A program made the position numbers and the translations under genes. Positions 39,499 through 48,373 of a DNA stretch of 64,000 nucleotides are shown here, piece by piece (the first letter of the stretch is position 1; every line of letters starts with the position of its first letter). The notes below the pieces were generated by a model. The model was not told the origin of the DNA. It made no database searches and saw nothing but the letters and a program-made list of their open reading frames with translations. The DNA comes from Hydrurus foetidus (taxonomy: Eukaryota). The stretch lies in assembly GCA_900617105.1 (NCBI GenBank), contig UYFQ01000001.1, positions 620,001-684,000 on the forward strand, in the 5' to 3' direction.

Positions 39499-39905
39499 TG
39501 AATATCAAATTCGCTGCTCAGGCGAGTTGTGGAGGATCCGGTTTCAAGATCAAACATCAGGCGCCAGCGTCCTGGCATATGGAACATCAACCCCTGAGCC
39601 GCGTAGCGCCCGGCATCCAGGGATTGGACTTTGGTGCGGTAGTGCATGCCGTGCTGATGCACTGGCATGTCGGCATCTACCCGCACCCTTGCGGGCGTGC
39701 TTGTGTCAGGTGCCGGACAGACCTCAAAATACAGCGAAAAATGCTGTCCAACGCTTATGGGCCAGCGGCTGGCTGCAAATGCAACCACATGCCCGTTGCC
39801 ACTGATAACCTGGCGAGACTGTGCGGGCAAATAGGCGCCGCAATCGGCTCCAAAAACAGTGGATGCTGCACCGAGCGCGAACCCGCCAAGGATGAGCGCC
39901 TTCAT
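39495..39905 (-). CDS. Exported YtkA/FixH-like protein with a Met/His motif
   Basis: Signal peptide; VDADMPVHQHGM...GLMFHMPGRW; ATGA overlaps on both sides. Confidence 0.7.
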   Translation of the reverse strand: MKALILGGFALGAASTVFGADCGAYLPAQSRQVISGNGHVVAFAASRWPISVGQHFSLYFEVCPAPDTSTPARVRVDADMPVHQHGMHYRTKVQSLDAGRYAAQGLMFHMPGRWRLMFDLETGSSTTRLSSEFDIQ

Positions 39906-40751
39906 GACTTGATCGTGTTGCCGCTGCGGAACAAGCGCTCCGCGTTACGCCACCCGATTTGCTCGGAAATAGACCGCGGTAAATCCGCCAGCCAACCTCG
40001 TGAGTATGCGGCATGGCTTTCGATGTAGTGCCAGCGTTCGGGGGTGAAGGTGTCCGTGCCGATCATGAAGCGATCTGGGAACTCGTTGAAAGCTGCGCGC
40101 CATGCAGGGTCGACTTTTCCGTCGCTGGCATGGTCACCACGAAAAGCCAGGTCACTCCATAGACGCGGATGTCGCCTCAGCATTTCACGCACCTTCTCAG
40201 GGCGATCAAAGCCGGAATGGGCCCAGAGCACTTTCGCGTCGGGCCATTGGCGAAACAGACGGTCTACGGCATCCGTATCTGAATGTGCGTGCAGCACCAA
40301 TGACCGCTCCCGCGCCAGAGCCACCATGCATTTTGGCACAGGCAACTCAGCATCTTCGCCACTGAGGTGAAATTCGCCAACGCCGACATAGCTGTACTTC
40401 GCCATTCGTTCTTCGAGGTAGTTCACTACGGTCGCGTCCCGAACCCATGTGCCAATTTCACCGCGCGTGCGGTAGGGCCGCAGCTCTGCAACGATCAGGT
40501 CTGGCGCCTCGGCAAGCAGCATTTGGGTGCCTTGATCGATGGAGGAAGAAACCAACGCGCCCCGTAGCCCAGCCTTACGCAAAATTGCCACGGCTTGCTT
40601 GGGTGGAACCTGTTCCCAAGCGTCATGGCTGTCAGTGAATGTGGGCGTCAAACAGTGGTGTGCTTTCGGTGGCACTCACTGCCAGCCCCCCTGTCAACGT
40701 GGCGGCTCCGATAAATCCGGTGAAATGCCTACGGTTGAGGTCGATCTTCAT
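39902..40751 (-). pseudogene. Tat-exported amidohydrolase (amidohydro_2/TatD-like) with one +1 frameshift at ~40634
   Basis: MKIDLNRRHFTGFIG...PLFDAHIH, then tGac (TAC plus an extra G) joins SHDAW; GEFHL, LHAH, WAHSG, GTDT; span is 3n+1. Confidence 0.78.
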
Positions 40752-40889
40752 CGTGTGGTTCCTGCGTCAGCACCCATTGGCGTGGGTCGCGTTTCAATGA
40801 CCGGGGGGAAGTGCTTGGCGATTTCGGGGTCAAATTGACCATCAATCAGCACAAACAGAACTTTACATGGCAAACCACAGTGACATGTC

Positions 40890-41010
40890 AAACTAGGAAA
40901 ACCTTGCGCAGAAATGGTAGGGCTATCCAGCGCGAATCGGCCCGGGCTGCACCTGCCACGCTCAATGCCAGCAGCTTGCCGCCCCGAATGTGCCCCAATG
41001 CCGTGCTGAG
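40890..41010 (-). pseudogene. Internal fragment of a Bug/TctC gene
   Basis: LSTALGHIRGGKLLALSV, then after a frameshift LDSPTISAQGFPS; no start or end. Confidence 0.55.
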
Positions 41011-41012
41011 CT

Positions 41013-41501
41013 TTAGAGGGCCGCGCCGTTCCAGTCAGGTGCAGCATCAGGTGGTTGAGCCAGAAGGCCTGCCGCTTTGATGGCGCCAATGGCGCAAAAC
41101 TCGTCCTTGTCAGACGCATCGCCGCTGATCCCTACGGCACCAATTGCCACATTATTGGCATTGAGGATCAAGACCCCTCCGGGGGCTGGGATGAACCGCC
41201 CATTGGACGCTGCGGCCAACGCGCTCTGGAAGCTGGGACGGTTGGCCAGCCTGTCGCGGATTTGCCGCGTGGCCATGCCCATGCCCAATGCACCCCATGC
41301 CTTGCCCAGCGCTATGTCATGGCGCAGTAGGCCGCAGCCGTCTTCGCGCTGAAAACTCACCAGGTTGCCCCCAGCGTCCAGCACGGCAATGGTGAGTGGT
41401 AGCAATTTGTGCGTCTGGCGGAGTTTCAGTGCTTCATCGGTAATTAGTGTGGCCGTAGCAAGGTCAAGGCTGCTGTGAACGGCGATCAGGTGTTCTGCCA
41501 T
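41013..41501 (-). CDS. GlcG/HbpS family heme-binding protein (no signal peptide)
   Basis: IAVLDAGG, IALGKAWGA, GAVGISGD..DKDE. Confidence 0.85.
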   Translation of the reverse strand: MAEHLIAVHSSLDLATATLITDEALKLRQTHKLLPLTIAVLDAGGNLVSFQREDGCGLLRHDIALGKAWGALGMGMATRQIRDRLANRPSFQSALAAASNGRFIPAPGGVLILNANNVAIGAVGISGDASDKDEFCAIGAIKAAGLLAQPPDAAPDWNGAAL

Positions 41502-41512
41502 GTTCTTATCCT

Positions 41513-42499
41513 TTAGATAAATCGCCGAGTTTGGCGATGATGGGTTTTTAGCGGGCTTGTTCGGCTTTTACATAGGCCACCGCTTTGGCATGCCCTATGT
41601 GCAGATCCACAAACATGGCCTGGCTCTCCAGCTTGCTGCGCACATCCGGGCTGCTCATGGCGCAGCTGTGTGGCTTCGACCAACCGGGCCAGCACAGACT
41701 GGGGAGTGTCGCGCGCAGCAGTGACCACGTTCCATAGCAACGCCTCAAATGGCTGGCCTAATTCGCCGGATTCCGCCACCGTTGGAATATCGGGGGCCAT
41801 GGCCAAGCGCTTGCTGGTGGCGACGGCCAATATCCGGGCTCGTCCCGCTTTGTGTTGGGGCAGGGCGGAACCCAATGTGTCCACCGTCATCTCGATGCTG
41901 CCGCCGATCATGTCCTGCATCGCTGGCGCTGCGCCTTTGTATGGGATGTGTGTGAAGTTTGCGCCGGTGACCTGTTTGAGTCGCTCGGTCGCCACGTGCA
42001 GCAGAGTACCGGTGCCGGGTGATCCGTAGTTGTACTTTCCTGGACTGGCTCGCGAGGCAATAACCACGGTTTTGAGAGTGCGTGGCATGCTGGGATTGAC
42101 CACAAAAACTACCGGTGCACCGCCCAGCACACCGATGTAGGAAAAGTCCCCCACCGCGTCATACTGCGGTGCTGGCTGAATCAGGTTGTACAAACCGTGT
42201 GTGGAGGCGGTGCCAAACAACAAGGTTTGGCCGTCTGCTGCGCTGCGTTTGACCTCCAGTGTGCCAATGGCGCCGCCCGCGCCCGCCTTGTTGTCAACCA
42301 CTACCGATTGACCTAACTGCTGCGAAAGAGCTTGCGCATAAATCCGCGCGAAACTGTCTGTTGGTCCGCCCGCAGGAAACGGCACGACCAGGCGGATCGG
42401 CAGATCCGGATACGTCTGGGCATGGGCGCTGGTCGAAACGCTCAGGGTTGCTGCCATGGCGGCGCCACCGGAGGCCTGGAGGAAATGGCTTCTTTGCAT
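41513..42499 (-). pseudogene. Bug/TctC substrate-binding protein with a 3' frameshift (~41665) and a stop at 41548-41550
   Basis: VPFPAGGPTD, HIPYKG; the natural C-terminus AMSSPDVRSKLE..YVKAEQAR*KPIIAKLG is in another frame. Confidence 0.75.
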
Positions 42500-42519
42500 G
42501 TGAGAGTTCTTTTGCTTAA

Positions 42520-43810
42520 GGGCAGTCCTATAAATTCCCAAATCCAGTCAACGCATAAACGATATAAATCGTTTATCTAAGAAGCCTCCTAATCACAAGC
42601 CATGATGCAAAGCAGTTTTTTGACCTCGACAAGAGGTACGCGAAGTTGAGCGAGGCCGGAGATCCGCTGGAGCGGTTGAATGAGGCAATTGACTGGGAGA
42701 TGTTTCGCACGACGCTCGAGCGCATAGATGTAAAGCCACGCAAAAGCGCAGCAGGACGTCCACCAACCTGCCGAATCGTGATGTTCAAGATGCTGCTGCT
42801 CCAGCGCCTGCATCAACTCTCAGACGAGCGCTTGGAATACCAAGTGACGGACCGGCTGTCGTTCATGCGGTTTTTAGGGTTGGAGTTGGCTGGACTTGTA
42901 CCTGACTCAAGAACCGTCTGGGCCTTTCGCGAAGCGCTCAAGAAGAGCGACCTGATGCAGCCCCTGCTGGACAAGCTGACCCAAGCGCTAGGGGATATGG
43001 GCGTGGAACTCAAAAGTGGGCAAATCATAGATGCCAGCTTTATCCCCGTACCCATCCAGCGCAATGGGCGCGAAGAGAATGCCCAACTCAAAGCAGGCAA
43101 GACCCCCGAAGAGTGGATGGACAACGCAAACAAGCTACGGCACAAAGACGTAGATGCCCGCTGGACAAAGAAAAGCGGGCAAAGCCACTACGGCTACAAG
43201 AACCACATCAACATCGACAAAGACACCAAGCTGATCACGGCGCATGCGTGTACAGATGCCAGCGTTCACGACAGCCAAGAGCTTGATACCGTGCTGCGCA
43301 CACCAGAAGAGGGTGGCAAAGACACGTGGGCAGACAGCGCCTACCGCTCAGAGGAGCAGGAAAAGGCGCTCCAGGCCAGCCAACACAGCAGCCACATCCA
43401 TGAGCGGGCGTATCGCAACCATCCTCTGACGGAGGAACAAAAGGCCACCAACAAAACCAAGTCCAAAGTACGCGCTCGCGTTGAGCATGTCTTTGGGCAC
43501 ATGGAAAACACAATGGGCGGCATGGGCCTGCGCACCATCGGACTCGCTCGCGCCAAAGTGGGCGTGGCGTTGATGAACCTCACCTACAACATCAGCCGCA
43601 TTGAGATACTCATGCGCAACAAGGTTTTTAGCTTCTCTCGCCTGCTCACGCCCAAAATGGGCCAAGTGGCCTGAAATGGGGGCAAAACCCCCCTTGAAGC
43701 GCCTCGAAATCACCAAAAATGCGAAAAAACACAAAACAAATTCGCATTGTGAAATGTTTAGCGTCCCAGGCAAGGCTTGGGGTGGTTAACGTCGATTTAT
43801 AGAACTGCCC
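42520..43810 (+). mobile_element. IS5-family insertion sequence, 1291 bp
   Basis: IRs GGGCAGTCCTATAAAT (42520-42535) and ATTTATAGAACTGCCC (43795-43810), 15/16 match; TAA direct repeat on both flanks. Confidence 0.93.
42605..43674 (+). CDS. IS5-family DDE transposase; N-terminus out of frame at T6 (42616-42621)
   Basis: GQIIDAS, HYGYKNH, WADSAY, RARVEHVFG; MQSSF/FDLDKRYAKLSEAGDPL needs one more T. Confidence 0.9.
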
Positions 43811-44006
43811 TAAAGATGGAGGTTTAACGCGCCGTGGGTGGCTGTGCCAGGAAGCGGCCGTCTCAGGGCGTGCGCGCAGGCCGCTGCACCACTTGCCAGC
43901 AGTTAGAAAGCACGAGATGCCAAACGGTTGGGGTTGACAGTGACTGACGTCCTCGATTTTTGGATGTTCAGGGCGCAACCTGTTTCCGGATGTCCGAGCT
44001 TTTCGG

Positions 44007-44492
44007 TCACATCAATCGCCCTTCGACTTTCTTGAACGCAGCCTCCACGCACGCTGCATCCAGATGGCCCCCAGGCGCGCCACTCACACCAATGCCACCA
44101 ACCACCTCATTGCCAACTTTGATCGGAAATCCACCGATCAGCGATGTGAAATTGGGCGTGGCGGTGATTGACGCCGGGGTGGTGCCTTTTTGGATGTTCT
44201 CGGCCAGGATTCGGGTCTCATAGCCGACCATGGCTGACGTGTGGGCCTTGCGTGTCGCGATGTCGATGGCATGAGGCCTCGCGTTGTCGGCCCGGTGAAG
44301 GGCCTTGAGATTGCCCGAGCGGTCGACCACGGCGGCTACCGTGTTGTAGCCCTTGGTGGAACAGTCTTCCACTGCGGCGCCAGCCATCTCGGCGGCAATT
44401 TTCAGGCTGACTGTTTTTTCAGTCTGGATATCTTGGGCCAGAACAACGCTTGCGAGTAAGCAACTCAAAGTAAAAGCAACAGGGGTTTTCAT
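44007..44492 (-). CDS. GlcG/HbpS family heme-binding protein with a Sec signal peptide
   Basis: MKTPVAFTLSCLLASVVLA; AVVDRSG, RKAHTS, GGIGVSGAPGGHLDAAC. Confidence 0.85.
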   Translation of the reverse strand: MKTPVAFTLSCLLASVVLAQDIQTEKTVSLKIAAEMAGAAVEDCSTKGYNTVAAVVDRSGNLKALHRADNARPHAIDIATRKAHTSAMVGYETRILAENIQKGTTPASITATPNFTSLIGGFPIKVGNEVVGGIGVSGAPGGHLDAACVEAAFKKVEGRLM

Positions 44493-44517
44493 GGGGAGGT
44501 CTCCTTGGTAAACGGAA

Positions 44518-45303
44518 CTAGACAATCTTTACGCTCAAATTCGGCAGCTTGTCGATATGGCAATCAATCACGTCGCCGGTAACCACCGGGCCGACGTTTT
44601 CGGGCGTGCCCGAATAGATGATGTCACCTGGCATCAGCTCGAACGCGCTGGACAGGCGGCTGATCTGCTCAGCCACACTCCAGATCATCTGATTCAAGTT
44701 GGCGTTCTGCTTGGTCTGGCCATTCACCTTGAGCCAGATGCTGCCCTGCGTGAAATGCCCCACGCTGGCCACCGGGTGCAGTGGCCCAATGGGCGCTGAC
44801 ATGTCAAAACTCTTGCCGATTTCCCAAGGCTTCTTCTCGTCGCCCATGGCCCGCTGCAAGTCACGGCGCGTCATGTCCAGACCCAGAGCATAGGCATACA
44901 CATGCTCCAGCGCCTTCTCCACCGTGATGTTGCGACCGCCCTTGGAGAGGGCCGCCACCAGTTCCACTTCGTAGTGGTAGTTCTTGGTCAGTGTCGGGTA
45001 GGGGTGGTCGGCCACCGTACCGGGGGCCACATTCTGGATGGCGTCTGTGGGCTTCTGGAAGAAGAATGGCGGCTCGCGAGTTGGGTCCGAGCCCATCTCG
45101 CGGGCGTGGGCGGCATAGTTGCGGCCGATGCAGTAGATGCGTCGCACCGGAAAGACCAAGTCGCTGCCAACGATGGGTATGGTGGTAGTGGCGACGCTGA
45201 AGGGCGTGCGGGCGGACGGAGATGCCGTGCTGGGCAGGGCACAGCCAGCCAGGGCGCCGAGGCCCAAAGTGGCTGTGGTTTCAAAGAGGGTGCGGCGCTG
45301 CAT
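44518..45303 (-). CDS. FAH-family hydrolase (fumarylpyruvate/acylpyruvase-like) with a Tat-lipoprotein leader
   Basis: MQRRTLF...LAGC; YCIGRNYAAH, YHYEVEL, DMTRRD, GKSFD, SGTPE. Confidence 0.88.
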   Translation of the reverse strand: MQRRTLFETTATLGLGALAGCALPSTASPSARTPFSVATTTIPIVGSDLVFPVRRIYCIGRNYAAHAREMGSDPTREPPFFFQKPTDAIQNVAPGTVADHPYPTLTKNYHYEVELVAALSKGGRNITVEKALEHVYAYALGLDMTRRDLQRAMGDEKKPWEIGKSFDMSAPIGPLHPVASVGHFTQGSIWLKVNGQTKQNANLNQMIWSVAEQISRLSSAFELMPGDIIYSGTPENVGPVVTGDVIDCHIDKLPNLSVKIV

Positions 45304-45343
45304 GGTGGTTTCCTTGGTGTTGAATTACGTTATCGGATGGGTG

Positions 45344-46213
45344 TCAGGCGCTCATGGCGGGTGCCAACCGCAACTCGGTTTGCATGACGAGGCAGGTCGA
45401 CCCCGGCACGCCCATACGGGCGCAAGCCTGTGCGTCGGTGATGGATTCATAGCGCTCAACCAGGGCTTCACGGACACCAAAAACGGCATCGGTCTCCAAA
45501 TAGGGATCGTTCTCGTCGAACAGCTCGGTCACCAGCGTGCGACAGCCTGGTGCCGATACGATCAAGTGAAAGTGCGCGGGTCGCCATGAACTTCTTCCGG
45601 CTGGCACCATGACATCACACCATACCGGGCCGTCGGTTGGGATTTGATAGGGAACGGGCTGAATCGTGGCGATCTCGAAAGCGCCCTGGGTATCCACTTT
45701 GATCTGGCAACGCAGGTTATCTTTGGGCTGGGCGTCGTCCATCTGCCAGTACATGCCGTTGCTGGCGTTTTGCCAGAAGTCGACGGTGGCGAGTGGTAGG
45801 GGGTTTCCATGGCTGTCGAGCACGCGCCCGCGCAGCAAGACGCGCTGGCCGGGGTTACCACCGATCAGGTTGGCCGGATTGTCCAGCCAAGGTGAGCCGA
45901 CTGCATGGAAGGGCCCAAGCACGCTGCCGGGCGTGGCTGCCGGGTCAGAGGCCAACATATCGACCAGACTGGACAGCCCCATCACGTCTGAAAGCAGAGA
46001 AAACTCACTGCGCGTGCTGCTGGAGATGTTTCCCACTCGGTGCATAAAGTCCAGGGCGGCTCGCCATTCGGCGTGCGTCAGATGGACGTCTTTGGCGTAG
46101 GCGTGCAGGTGCTTGATGAGGCCCCGCATGAGCTGCAGCCGGCGCGCATCAGGCAGCGCATCGAAGCTTTCGGTTGCAACCTCGGTGATGTTGTTGATAG
46201 AGACGCTTTTCAT
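45344..46213 (-). CDS. Intradiol ring-cleavage dioxygenase (hydroxyquinol/catechol 1,2-dioxygenase family)
   Basis: LLSDVMGLS, VLGPFH, Fe ligands GMY, PVPYQIP and RPAHFH, DAVFGV. Confidence 0.9.
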   Translation of the reverse strand: MKSVSINNITEVATESFDALPDARRLQLMRGLIKHLHAYAKDVHLTHAEWRAALDFMHRVGNISSSTRSEFSLLSDVMGLSSLVDMLASDPAATPGSVLGPFHAVGSPWLDNPANLIGGNPGQRVLLRGRVLDSHGNPLPLATVDFWQNASNGMYWQMDDAQPKDNLRCQIKVDTQGAFEIATIQPVPYQIPTDGPVWCDVMVPAGRSSWRPAHFHLIVSAPGCRTLVTELFDENDPYLETDAVFGVREALVERYESITDAQACARMGVPGSTCLVMQTELRLAPAMSA

Positions 46214-47070
46214 TCGGTCACTGGGTTAGACAAGATGCCAACGCCTTCGATTTCAATTTCAATGGTGTCGCCAGGCTTCATCCATACAGGTGGCGTACGC
46301 GCGTAGCCGACACCACCTGGCGTACCCATGACCAACAAATCGCCCGGCTCCAGCGTCAAGCACTCTGACAGCAGGGCAATGGTTCGGGCCACACCAAACA
46401 CCATGTCAGAAGTGTTCGCACTTTGCATCACCTGACCATTCAGGCGCGATTCGATGCGCAATCCGGTGCACCCTGGGGGCAACTCATCCGGGGTCACCAA
46501 GCAGGGGCCGAAAGCACCGGTGTTGTCAAAATTCTTGCCGATGGTCCACTGCGTGGTACGGCGCTGGTAGTCGCGCAGTGTGGCGTCATTGAAGCAGGCA
46601 TAGCCGAACACCGAGTCGAGTGCGTCAGCCTCGGACACAAATCGGGTGCGTTTTCCTATCACCACAGCCAGTTCGGCCTCGAAGTCGAGCTTGTCAGATA
46701 CCTTGGGTACTCGCAACGCCGCGCCATGGGCCAGCAAGGAAGTGGCGCAGCGCATGAACATAGCGGGGTACTCGCCCACGTTGTTGCCGCCTTCCTTGGC
46801 ATGGTCCACATAGTTGACACCCAAGCAGATAATCTTGCCCGGATGTGGAACGCAGGGCTCCAGCTTGATGGTCTCCATTGGGATGGGCGTCATGTTCGCT
46901 GCGAGTTGGGCCGCTTCGGCGGCCAGGCCTGGGGTGTGTGAGCACTGTTGGACAAAGCCCAACAGCGTAGTCGGCATGCTGGCACCGAGCTGGCGGCTGT
47001 CGACCACGCCGTTGAGTCCCAAGACGCCCCAGCTTGCGCCGTTTACTGCGGTGTAACTGACCAATTTCAT
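46210..47070 (-). CDS. FAH-family hydrolase
   Basis: ICLGVNY, LDFEAEL, NDATLRDYQ, GKNFD, GTPGGVG. Confidence 0.92.
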   Translation of the reverse strand: MKLVSYTAVNGASWGVLGLNGVVDSRQLGASMPTTLLGFVQQCSHTPGLAAEAAQLAANMTPIPMETIKLEPCVPHPGKIICLGVNYVDHAKEGGNNVGEYPAMFMRCATSLLAHGAALRVPKVSDKLDFEAELAVVIGKRTRFVSEADALDSVFGYACFNDATLRDYQRRTTQWTIGKNFDNTGAFGPCLVTPDELPPGCTGLRIESRLNGQVMQSANTSDMVFGVARTIALLSECLTLEPGDLLVMGTPGGVGYARTPPVWMKPGDTIEIEIEGVGILSNPVTE

Positions 47071-47092
47071 AGGTATTCCTTGTATGAATGAT

Positions 47093-48046
47093 TTACTGAA
47101 CTTTGACGCCAAGCTCTTTCACAAGCCGGCCCCATTTGGTGGATTCGTTCTCGACATAACGGCGCAGCGTGGCACGGTCCATGGGAGAGGCTTCAAGTGA
47201 GAGCGTCTGAAAACGCTCCTGCACGGACTTGCTTGCCGTGGCCTTGTTGATCTCTGCGTTCAGCAAATCCAGCACGGCAACAGGTGTCTTGGCGGGTGCG
47301 AACAGGGCAAACCAGGTGTTGGCCTCGAAATCCTTGTAGCCGAGCTCTGCCACTGTGGGGACGTCGGGCAGTGCCGGGCTGCGTTTGGCAGACATCACCG
47401 CAATAGCGCGCACTTTGCCGGCTTTGGCGAAAGCTACTGCCGGGGGAAGCGACGTCGAGCCCACAGGCACTTGGCCACTCACTATGGCCATGGTGGCCTG
47501 AGCTGGCTGGAATGGCACGTGGGTGATATCCACCTTGTTGGCTAATCCGCGAAACAACCATTCAGCGCCCAGTTGGGTCGTGGTGCCGTTGCCAGACGAT
47601 GCATAGGCCAGTTTGCTGGTGCTGGCCAGCACCAGCAGCTCACTCAGGTTGTTGGCGTTGACGTCCGGGTGTACATACAGCAAATTGGGTGTGAAGGCGC
47701 CCATGGACACGGGCTGCAAATCCGCCGCGAGGTCATAGCCAGCTGAGGCGAAGAGCGAGGGATTGACGGCAATGGCCACGCTGTGCATCAGCAGGGTGTA
47801 GCCGTCTGCGGGTGCACCCATGACGCCCACTGTGGCGATGTTGCCACCCGCACCGGGCTTGTTTTCCACTATGACGGGCTGCCCCAATGAGGCCGAGAGT
47901 CGCTCGCCTATCAGCCGCGCCACTATGTCGGTCGAGCTACCGGGGGCGAATGCCACCACGATGCGGATCGGTTTGTCCGGGAACGCCGAGTGGGCAGAAA
48001 AGTTCAGGGAAATGGCGGCCAGTAAGCCTAGCAAAAAGCGATTCAA
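47093..48046 (-). CDS. Bug/TctC substrate-binding protein
   Basis: VAFAPGSSTD, ENKPGAGG, LPDVPTVAELG. Confidence 0.9.
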   Translation of the reverse strand: MNRFLLGLLAAISLNFSAHSAFPDKPIRIVVAFAPGSSTDIVARLIGERLSASLGQPVIVENKPGAGGNIATVGVMGAPADGYTLLMHSVAIAVNPSLFASAGYDLAADLQPVSMGAFTPNLLYVHPDVNANNLSELLVLASTSKLAYASSGNGTTTQLGAEWLFRGLANKVDITHVPFQPAQATMAIVSGQVPVGSTSLPPAVAFAKAGKVRAIAVMSAKRSPALPDVPTVAELGYKDFEANTWFALFAPAKTPVAVLDLLNAEINKATASKSVQERFQTLSLEASPMDRATLRRYVENESTKWGRLVKELGVKVQ

Positions 48047-48079
48047 TTGAGGTCTCCATGTAAAAAATTGCGTTTGATT

Positions 48080-48121
48080 TTTAATCGATTAAATGTATTT
48101 TGATGGAAAATATCGATTAAA
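48080..48121. promoter_or_regulatory. LacI-like operator pair upstream of the ring-cleavage operon
   Basis: Perfect palindrome TTTAATCGATTAAA (48080-48093) and degenerate AAATATCGATTAAA (48108-48121). Confidence 0.6.
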
Positions 48122-48306
48122 TATACATGGTAATTACCCTTGTCATGTCGCCAGACCACATGCCTACAGCGCAGCGCCTTTTTATGAAAACTCGCATCTA
48201 TTCCCATTGGGTGGTTGCCAAAGCGCAGAAAAATATCGCCAAAACTTTGCTTCAATTGAAATGTGTTTGGGGCTGCGTATGCGGGTAAGTCCGCATGTTT
48301 TTTGTT

Positions 48307-48327
48307 ATTAATTAATGAATAATTAAT
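48307..48327. promoter_or_regulatory. AT-rich inverted repeat upstream of the sugar ABC operon (candidate repressor site)
   Basis: ATTAATTA-atgaa-TAATTAAT. Confidence 0.45.
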
Positions 48328-48373
48328 TTAAGCGGATCGCATGGTGTGTTGCCGCAATACAAGGAGACCTCAA

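Noticed and set aside
43814..44006. Possible gene remnant between the IS5 and the HbpS-like gene
   Set aside because: No frame gives a recognisable motif.
28424..48046. Several Bug/TctC genes without TctAB
   Set aside because: Orphan Bug expansion is well known in Betaproteobacteria.
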